DNA of 64,000 nucleotides. It comes from Haliotis rufescens. Lineage: Eukaryota. Made by a program: the position numbers and the translations under genes. Location: the NCBI RefSeq assembly GCF_023055435.1, contig NW_025964372.1:23250001-23314000 (forward strand), in the 5' to 3' direction. The notes below the pieces were generated by a model, which was not told the DNA's origin, ran no database searches, and saw only the letters and a list, made by a program, of their open reading frames with translations. Positions 54,240 to 64,000 of this stretch are shown here, one piece after another (within the stretch, counting starts at the first letter, position 1; each line of letters starts with the position of its first letter).

Positions 54240-54519
54240 TGAGTGAGTGAGTGAGTTGGGTTCAACACCGCTTTTAACAGTATTCCAGTTATATCACGGC
54301 GTGTCAGCTTAATGTGGGAGGAAAGCCCGAAGGGATGAAGGTCTCAGACGTTTACCACTTCGGTAAAACCCACGAGCACAGGTATGGTGCTGACCTGGAA
54401 ACATAATTGGGGCGAACCGGGATTCGAACTCACAATCATAGATTTCTGGCGTGCCCAAGGGACGCAACTCTGCACAGCGAATCGCGGCGTCTCACACGAC
54501 TGGGACACCCGTGCCCCCC
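54240..54519 (-). mobile_element. SINE family C, full length
   Basis: 12-bp TSD aagaatattaag (54228-54239/54521-54532). Confidence 0.92.
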
Positions 54520-57181
54520 AAAGAATATTAAGACCACATGCGTAAGACCACATCCACTCAATTAAAATGGCAAATATAAATTAAAAGGAACATATATTTT
54601 ATGTTTAGACGAGATCAAGGATTGCCACTTTTACAGTTTGTCCCTGGTCTTAAACTTTGAAACACTACAGTTTAACATTAGTCACCTGAATACGATAGTT
54701 GACGAGCGTGTTGACTGTTGTCGAAGATAGCGCAGTCTTCTATATCGAACACATACGTCACGATTGTCATGCGTATCTCGAAGTGATTCCTGCTATCGAC
54801 ACAACACTAAACACACGACACAGGACTTCGAGACAACCCATGCATGTTAGGGTACACGTGAAGTGAATACTGTTGTGTCCTCGACGTATACGAATGTTTG
54901 TGAATGGTTTAGCAATGCAATGACAAAAATTGAAATGTCCAATGTTATCAGTTTATTACATATAACTGATGCATGCAACCCTATCCCAATTACGAAGATC
55001 GATTTTCATGATGTCAATTACTGGATTGTCTGGTCCAAACTAGATTATTTACAGACCACGGTCATATAACTGGGATATTGCAGAGTGCGGCGTTAATCAA
55101 CAACAAATAAGTAACACATAATAACCCAGTTTCCATACTTACAAATATCTGTGCAAATACCTAGTAGTAAACTGATGGGTAGGTACATGTAGCTCCTTTT
55201 TCATAAATGTTTGTTCATCCCGACCATTATATGATGAGGGACTTTTCTGGATGACCAGATAAGCAGACAGATAAGGTGGGCGTACATATATTAATTCATG
55301 TTTTGTTTTATTCGGAGCTGTTGGGCAATTTCACGTAAAAATGATATTAATTGTGAACTATGTTCTTCAAAGTTTTGCATACCAATGTTTAAGGTGTAAT
55401 ATCTTTGTTAGAGCCTATACTCTTTGATTTTCCAGGGTGATAACCGTCCATTTTGAATGATCTATTGTGCCTGAACAGTCGGTAAGACCCATTGGGTATT
55501 GGATGTCAGTGACCCGATTCATCATTAATAATGATTGCGTGAAGTCTGTGAACATGCTAGATTTGATCCTATTTATTTCATGTAATCATATCATTCACAC
55601 GGAGGACTCTTCCTATACGTGTGGCTTTGTCTCCTGGGTTTCGATTTAATCCTGCAACTATTGTTGACCAACTCGTAGGTCCCTCCAGACGGCGCATTAA
55701 CACGAGGTCCGAACGCTTTTCATTCTATTCTATCCAACTCTATCCCCTTGAGGGTTTAACACAACGAGCAAACCCTTCTCCCCGTCTAAGTGCTTCTGTC
55801 TTATTCGGCTGCGAAAACACATACCGGAAGCGGTTCTAAAAACACAGAGTTGTCTGGGATTTGCTTGACCTCCGATACCAGGTCAAAGTTGCTACAAACC
55901 GGAAGTCCACGGAACATTCGGAAATGCTCGGCGCCCGCCATCCTGCTTAAAGTGTTAGTGAGTGGAGCGGCCGGTTCATTTGTTATGTAGAGGTCTAAAG
56001 TTAAAACCCATTGATCCCTCTTGGTCCGCATTTAGACTTACTTTGCGGCCCCCTTATTGAATTCGTTGTACGTCTCAATGCCCCCGGCGTGTATATTATA
56101 TCAATACTAGTCTTTGACTTGAAAATACTTAAATCTCGGGAAGTAACAGAGACTGTTCCCTGGTCGCTTAGAACAAGTCAATCATTTAAGGAGTAACTTC
56201 AAAGTGGGACTTTACAAGACTTTTCTGACCTTTCCATGCTTGCACTGGGCCAGGGTAAACACGAACTACAATTTCAATCTATCGGTTTTTACGAATATGT
56301 CGCCAACGGCGACTAAAATCTTATAAACCCCAGATACCCAATACAGCCTAGCGACATCACATACGTTGCCAAGATCGGCGGTGCTTGCTGTTTCTTTGAA
56401 TGGTGTCAAGGGTGGTCTATGTCGTTTCTCTGTCCTTTCATCACTACATGAAATGTGAAAAGTTATTCTGTGTTCTACGTTTTCAAGCAAGATAGTTGCT
56501 TCATTTCTTTTTTTCCCGTCGCTTGCTTCAACGTTTTGATGATGTCAAATTGATATGTTAGAGCTATTCCTGAAACACAAAAAAATATGCTTTGCGACAT
56601 TGAAGAAACTTCAGATGAAGCAAAACGCCAATCGTATGACAATTTATTTCATAAAATAAGATACAAGAAAGGAATAGGATATTGGTAAACTTGACTCTGG
56701 TCTATTCCACTATCATAGCAGGATAAATTTGACTAAAATGGTTTTAGGTTACACTTTCTCAAAACCTATTAATGCATCTATCTTAACCTTAGTCTAAACC
56801 TTCTTCAGCATTGGATCTGATCATGAAAGGATCTGGCCAAAGATCAAGCTCAACGTTTCTGAAGGATAGACAGCTCTACAGCCATGAAACTTGATATTTC
56901 TTTGTATCTTTACAAATCCTACCACATAAAACGTTGGGGCGTGTATATGAAAGGTCAAGGTCCCTGTGGGGCTATTGGGAAAGATAGTTGCATCATTCAC
57001 GTTTGTACAATCCTGACCCTTGGGTAATTGTTGGATCTTGTCTTGATTAAGGGCAAGACAGGAAAGTAAATATTTTCGTACTGGAAGTACATGGCAAATT
57101 AAAAGTTAAGAAGGTTTGAGCGTCTAACCCGTGATTAGCTTTTATAAGCTTTAAGGAGTCCGGCAGGGATTTTGTATTGAG

Positions 57182-57868
57182 ACCAGATATTTTTTCAGCT
57201 AAAGTTGCAAAACCAGATATTTTTCAGCTAAAGTTGCCAATCCAGATATATTTCAGCTAAAGTTGCAAAACCAGATATATTTCAGCTAAAGTTGCAAAAC
57301 CAGATATATTTCAGCTAAAGTTGCAAAACCAGATATTTTTTCAGCTTAAGTTGCAAAACCAGATATATTTCAGCTAAAGTTGCAAAACCAGATATATTTC
57401 AGCTAAAGTTGCAAAACCAGATATTTTTTCAGCTTAAGTTGCAAAACCAGATATATTTCAGCTAAAGTTGCAAAACCAGATATTTTTCAGCTAAAGTTGC
57501 AAAACCAGATATATTTCAACTAAAGTTGCAAAACCAGATATTTTTTCAGCTTAAGTTGCAAAACCAGATATATTTCAGCTAAAGTTGCAAAACCAGATAT
57601 ACTTCAGCTGAAGTTGCAAAACCAGATATTTTTTCAGCTTAAGTTGCAAAACCAGATATTTTTTCAGCTTAAGTTGCAAAACCAGATATATTTCAGCTAA
57701 AGTTGCAAAACCAGATATTTCTTCAGCTTAAGTTGCAAAACCAGATATATTTCAGCTAAAGTTGCAAAACCAGATATTTCTTCAGCTTAAGTTGCAAAAC
57801 CAGATATATTTCAGCTAAAGTTGCAAAACCAGATATATTTTCAGCTAAAGTTGCAAAACCAGATATTC
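57182..57868. repeat. 28-30-bp minisatellite ACCAGATATATTTCAGCTAAAGTTGCAAA (about 23 units)
   Basis: Directly visible; lies upstream of a MITE-like end atcaaatggtcggcccct (58040). Confidence 0.95.
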
Positions 57869-58823
57869 TTTTCAATTAAAACTATAAGCCAAATTATTTT
57901 TTTGGTAAAAAACACACTTCAACCGTGTAACTTTTGTGTTATTTGTTCCCCACAACATTTTAAAAAACACTTTCGGAGACAATTGATTGTTTTCAAAAAA
58001 AAAACCAGGTGCCCACCGGGATATCAAATGGTCGGCCCCTTTACTTCAAAATCGAGGCGTACCTGTGATTCAAACCGACCAACTTTGGATTCTTGGACAG
58101 AAAAGGCGAGCAAATCTTCCCATCGAACTGTCGAATCATGGACCTCTTGGCAATCCCTTTCTCCTCTGACTTTCGAATGAGTTCAACAGCACAACCAAGA
58201 GCACAATATGGTTATCAAGAAGTCTATGGAGAACATAGACTGAGAGAAACATATATTTAGCCTCCTATAAGTGTATAAAAACGGAAGCATCGAACAAGGC
58301 CTACTTTTGTAACATCGAGCTTGATCAACGCAAACTAACCAAGTTAAATCACATTTGTTCTCCATCTTGCTGCAGACAACACGGTGAGCGCATAACCTCA
58401 TACATTTAGCTGAGAGTCAGTCGGCTACGCACTCAGTACGTCACACGTGACCTTTTCTCTAGCTATGTTCACAATTGACGTTTTCATTGCATCACTGCCT
58501 TGCTGACTTAATTATGAAATAGAAAGAAAAAAATGATAAATTACCTGATAGATATTTCATTTTCAAATCTAATCGCATCATATATGATGCAAAACGAGGA
58601 TGTGCTTTAGGTCAGTGAACCCGCCTATCAGTAAGTAGGTCAGTTGAGATGGTTGAGTCTCTTAGGGGCAACTGACTATCACCGCGGTCCATTAATGCTT
58701 GATTTGATAATGACCAATCTTGTTTAATAAACGACTGACGCACACTTCTATATACCGAGTCACTTCCTTCCTTGTCTCTGAAATTGATCTTGGCACTATT
58801 ACAACCGAAACTGATATGACGTT

Positions 58824-58990
58824 CGACAATCGTAACTCGCATAACTTACGACAATCGTAACCCTAATAACTTACGACAATCGTAAGTATCATAACTTACG
58901 ACAATCGTAACTCGCATAACTTACGACAATCGTAAGTATCATAACTTACGACAATCGTAACTCGCATAACTTACGACAATCGTAACTCTC
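58824..58990. repeat. 25-bp-period array: invariant 20-bp hairpin repeat plus 5-nt variable spacer
   Basis: ATAACTTACGACAATCGTAA at 58841, 58866, 58891, 58916, 58941 and 58966. Confidence 0.95.
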
Positions 58991-59737
58991 AAAAATATGT
59001 GCCAAGCTGTCATTGTTTCTACTGCGGAATCTATCACGCCTCTAGATATCCCGAACTAGTGGTTATGGTTAATTTGAAAACAAACTATTTCACAAACTAA
59101 AATACAGGATGGGTAGTCTTTTTCCGTCCATTTTGGAGTGAACATTTTAACACTTGAATCATATCCTCAAGTCCGACCTATTTCAGTAAGACTTTAATGG
59201 GATACATCCCCCGCCTCAATCCTGGTAATTTATCAGCGTTCCGCAATCAGTTTAATGAACGTTTAACATCCCACTCCAAGTCCAGGAGATTTCAAATAAA
59301 GTAATTACCTAAATGGGCTTTTCAGTATGGCATCATTAATCTCAACCGAGATTCCATTTCTATACAAGACAAATGAGGACCACATCCACAGTAATTACGT
59401 CACTCAATCCTAATCCGGTATGATATGATGCGGATCAGTGTGACTGATACGTTTTCAAAGAAATTGAGGTTGTGCAGCATCAGCTAGAATTAAGTAATCA
59501 AGTGATTTCGTTGTCGAAAGAGTAGAGATTATAGATTCGGCTGTTTATGTTTGATGCTGTCTGTTTTCAAACGATGACTGAAACGTTTACTTCCGTATCA
59601 AACGTTGTTTGCAATTACTCCAAATACATTTCCCAGGCTTTCAGATGTATTTTCCTCGAGTTCATGACCGTTTCTGTTCAAATGAGATCACTGGTGAACA
59701 TTTTGTGTTTCTGGTGCCGGATTTTTCTTCGATAAAT

Positions 59738-59895
59738 GGGGCTGTGGGATAGCCTAGTGTTTAAAGCGTTCGATTGTCACGTCGAGCGTACGGATTCGAT
59801 TCCCCACAGGGTATGGAAAGCTGATTCGGGTGTACCCCGCAGTGATAGTGCTGGGTTATTGCTAAAAGCGACGAAAAGCCATACTCACTCACTCA
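59738..59895 (+). mobile_element. SINE family D, diverged
   Basis: tagcctagtgtttaaagcgttcg..ggattcgattccc..attgctaaaagcgacg..actcactcactc. Confidence 0.8.
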
Positions 59896-60519
59896 TTCAA
59901 CAAATTGAAAAATACAAACTTTGATCACGACTTGACATCACATGACTGCCGTGACGTGATGTAACATGGGGTTAATTGTTGTTGCGTGACTTGAATCGAC
60001 GACGAGTACCGTGACGTGACATGACGTGACGCAAGAGGTTTAAATTGTGACAAGACATAACATGTTGTTCCGATTACATTTCAGAACCATCGGATCTTTG
60101 ACGCTGAGCGTTATGTAAATCTGAACGCTTCTTTTTAAAGTGAGTGTGTGTGAGTGTGGCGGGACAAAATATGTCCATTCTTATCGCAAACGATGACGGG
60201 TTGAACATACTTCCTGATTGAATTTTCTCCCACATATACAAACCTATACAACAGAAGTACGAAACGTAATAAGCATTGGCGTTGATGGTGGTTTTGATTT
60301 ATGCCGCGTTTAGCAAATAATATTCAAGTCATATCACGTTTGTGGACTCCAAGTCGCATGTATACCCATTATCGAGGAATCGAACCCGGGTCAATATGAG
60401 CAAAATATAAAAAATATATATTAAAAATTAATAAAGTTACTCTAATGTCCAGAAATTGATATCAATTAAAGGTTGTAAAAACCCTTTCCATAATCACAAG
60501 AAATCTCACAAATAGATTC

Positions 60520-62380
60520 CGATAATATCTAATATTACTACCAAATAGTGATGATATGAAGTGTTCCGCGAAAAGGTGAGCGTATCCTGCCCCACCGGTG
60601 GCACCCGTCACAAACACATGTAACGTTATTATTCACCCGAGAAACGCGGGAACAAATGGTACAAGTCAAAATAGGGAATTGCTTCGGGCCTGACTTGACT
60701 ACAATGAGCCTGATTGAACAACGTCTAAGCAAGAGTCGTATGATGCTCTTTGAAATCTTCTGGGAAAGAGCGTGCTGGACTCAAAAGTTGTTGGAACCAA
60801 GGGCAGAAGCTGCTGAAATATCGCTCGATATAAAGGGAAAGTTGACTATTGGAGACTTGAAGCTATTCATAGATCTATATATAAAACAAATCAGGTTCAC
60901 TGGTCCGTTTTTTTTCTTGTTCAGATGGGTACATCAGTGGAAGGGAATTGGCTATTTGACCAATATTGAACTATATCAGATCAATGATGTACCTGAAGCT
61001 TACGTTAAAGGCCTTGGCCAAATTACCTTGTTTTGACGTTGCCAATCTGAGCAGAAATCCCGATTCGTACGCATACAGAAACAGTTCAGGAAGGAGGAGA
61101 ACTCAATAAGTGCCTATGGGGATGTCACCTTTTACTTAATTGTCTTATTCCAATATATCAAATTGATGCCATTTCATCAGTCACATATTGTTTTCTCATT
61201 AAACTTCAAGATGACATTTTGCTCTCATTATTGACAATTGTCCTGAACTTCTGAAAATAGACATGTGACTATATCTAGTATTGTCATCACGTTTCGTAAC
61301 AAATGCCCATAGATCAAGGAATAAACTATTTCCTTAAGTTTGTCAAATGGAATTGTAGTGTGCATAGTTGTTCCTTTCTGAAATTGCACATATTTAAGGA
61401 AATCATTTGAGCTTTTGAGAATCCCAATGATATTAATTCCCCTTGTCTCAAGTGCTTTCTGTGAATGTAAAGAAAGTCCTTCCTTGATAGAATTAATCAT
61501 TACGGTTAATCTTCGAGACAGGAATTGGGTGATACATTAACTGGACCCTGCAGTATAGCTCCTTGTGTATGTTTTTTTTTATGGAGCTACAAAAAACAAC
61601 GGATATTTCAGGTATTAGAGTCAGGTTATAAACTGTTGGTACTGTTGCCTGTTTTTGTTTGCAGATTGGGACAGAATGGGTTCATTTTGTTTCCTTTCTT
61701 TTCAGTTTGTGCTTTCTATACCAATGACAAAATTACGCACTGACCTAATTTTGAAAGACATTCACCAGGTTCATTTTTTCGACAACATCCATAATGATTT
61801 TAAAGTTGTGATCCTGATTGGTAGGAATCTGCCATACCTTTAAAGATATTCATGAAGTTCGACTTCACTGATGGTCCATTGTTATGCACACTTGGACAGA
61901 ATTCATAAGGGGCGGGCGATTTGATATTTATGAGGTGGTGGGGGTACAAAATGGATGAGAATCAATCGCCAAAACATAATCAAAATAATCTGCTGAGCAA
62001 TGCACGTGCTACCATTGTGATTAATAATTACAACAAATATCGATAATATATTCCGACTATATCACTACCAAATAATGATGATATGAGGTGTAAAAGGTCA
62101 TCGTATCATGCCCCATCGGTGGCACCCGTCACAAACACGTGCAACGTAAGTATTTACCTGAAAAAAAGCGGTAACAAATGGTACAAGTCACAATAGGGAA
62201 TTGAATCAGGGACATTTTTATCACTGATTCTTCAAACTTGTCCTCCACATAAAACCGTTTGAGACATGGACAGCTGACACCCTAATCATATATCAAATTG
62301 ATGCCATCATAGCAGTCACATATTGTTTTCCCATTATCCTCAGATAATATTTGCTTTCATTATTGACAGATTGACCTGAA
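60520..62380 (-). pseudogene. Decayed Penelope-like (Naiad-type) reverse transcriptase with duplicated pLTR-like segments
   Basis: Minus-strand RT motifs GILKSSNDFL, TMHTTIPFDKLKE, IPIGT..LLPELFLYAYE, MYPSE and PIVNFPFISSDI. Segment 60520-60680 is repeated at 62042-62203. Confidence 0.8.
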
Positions 62381-62559
62381 CAAAATGGTCCGGATACAAA
62401 ATGTCGGCGAATTAATCGCCGAAACACAACCAAAACAATTTACATGCATAAATGATACTATATGAGGAACGATATTATCACTGTGACATCATCAGCTTAG
62501 GCAGTCATCGTGACAGTCGCTGGAGCTTGCAGACCACTGCGAGACGTAACGCTGACACT

Positions 62560-63450
62560 GCAATACTGGTAGAACAGAAATTGGAAAAGAGTAATGTTCA
62601 CAGGAGAAAGCAGATTCAGGTTTTTCCTAATAGGTGTAAGAATTTGTGTCAACCTCCGACAATGACAATATTGTTGCCTTCAGGATGTCGAACTGTCTGG
62701 ACGTGACAGCATATGTAGCCCGGCCAGTGCGGCATCATCATCCCTGTCAAGGCGGCATCTGTAGCCAAATCAAAGTGGCATCATTATTCCTGGAATGCAG
62801 CATCTGTGACACTGTCAATGCTGCATCATTGGCCCTGTCAATTCAGCACCTGTAACCAAGTTAAGAAAGATCTTTTGATTTTGGAAGGACTCACCACTGG
62901 ACAGCATTACATTGACCAGTCTCCCTATCCTGTTGTACTACCGTTCTTGCAACAGAACGTTTCAACAAGATAACACAAGACGTCATGTGACTTGCCTTGG
63001 TCAGCACGATAACGAGACTAATCACCTTTGGAGTGAGTGAGTGAGTTGGGTTTAACGCTGCTTTTAACAGTATTCCAGTTATATCACGGCGTGTCAGCTT
63101 AATGTGGGAGGAAAGCCCGAGGGGATGCAGGTCTCAGACGTTTACCATTTCGGTGAAACCCACGAGCACGGGTATGGTGCTGACAAATCTCGAAACATAA
63201 TCGGGGCGAACCGTGATTCGAACCCACAATCATAGGTTTCTGGCGTGCCCAAGGGACGTAACTCTGCACAGCGAATCACGGCGCCTTAGACGACTTGGCC
63301 ACCCTTGCCCCCTATCACCTTTGAGATTTGAAACAGTTCCGAGATTTGGAAAAGTTGTGGGATCACCTTGACCGTCAAATTAGTTCACGACCAGGTCGCC
63401 CTTATAACAAAGATCATTTAGCAGAAGAATGGTGTTGAATCCCATTTTTA
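62560..63450 (+). pseudogene. Tc1-family transposase relic interrupted by a SINE
   Basis: WKRVMFTGESRF, LEGLTTGQHYID..VVLPFL, FQQDNTRRH, LEKLWDHLDRQI..EEW. Confidence 0.8.
63031..63313 (-). mobile_element. SINE family C, full length
   Basis: TSD atcacctttg (63021-63030/63314-63323). Confidence 0.92.
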
Positions 63451-64000
63451 TGATCAGACGTATCACATCTTCTTCTCATCGTCGAAGTTCTGGCGCACGT
63501 TGATTACACAATACTGACTGACAATGGTGACATTCTAAAGGATTTAAGGGAGTTCATGTGTTGATTTCAGTCTTGATGGTTGATCGAATACTGAACAACT
63601 GACTCCATTCTCCAAACTGGACACAATACTGTCTTTGTTGTTGTTGTTGTTGGCATGACTTGTAATGATGTTGATATATAACTCATGTTCTTTGACAATA
63701 CAAGTATGTTTCAGTCATATCACAAGTAGAATCAATAACCTTGTCCAAGGATATAACACAGTGACTTAGTGTTACAGGCATACTGTTTATCACGCCCATG
63801 TATCGATGTAATAAAATATGGCTTTGCTCACGAAATACTCTGTATTGATGAGGATGGCCATATCGTGGTCGAGACTTATTTTGAAGGGTTAGATTGTGTT
63901 TTTCAAGCAGATGGAGGCTGAATGTTTTATTTACACAGAATTATAAGCTGCGTCCGACCCTCTATATTTATGTTTGCGATTGGTAGGAAGCTGTCTTGCT

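Noticed and set aside
55700-56230. Second GIY-YIG endonuclease relic on the minus strand
   Set aside because: Motif-like fragments are weak and out of order.
58824-58990. CRISPR array
   Set aside because: Eukaryotic context, 5-nt recurring spacers, no cas genes.

Overview
Eukaryotic, AT-rich, repeat-dense DNA, most likely a mollusc. Its SINE repertoire resembles gastropod/abalone sequence; this is from memory and not verified. The only host coding sequence I can support is one 101-bp internal exon (40280-40380, +) encoding TM6/ECL3 of a class A neuropeptide GPCR, best fit leucokinin/lymnokinin receptor-like, so most of the window is probably intron. The rest is transposon-derived. There are three tRNA-headed SINE families (A, Meta/MESC-type; C, tRNA-Leu-like with long A-B box spacing; D, short). 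A fourth family (B) has no tRNA head and starts with a conserved pseudoknot-like fold. Also present are many Penelope-like (Naiad-type) fragments sharing a conserved motif with two palindromes, L2, R4/Dong-like and Tc1 relics, several MITEs with TSDs, and at least 9 tandem arrays, several built from hairpin units. The long ORFs in the track are artefacts of these arrays. The best candidates for undescribed biology are two structured RNA motifs at retroelement ends (possible new self-cleaving or RT-recognition RNAs) and a foldback element with a Pol III head and a Penelope-like tail. All assignments are by eye; no searches were run.
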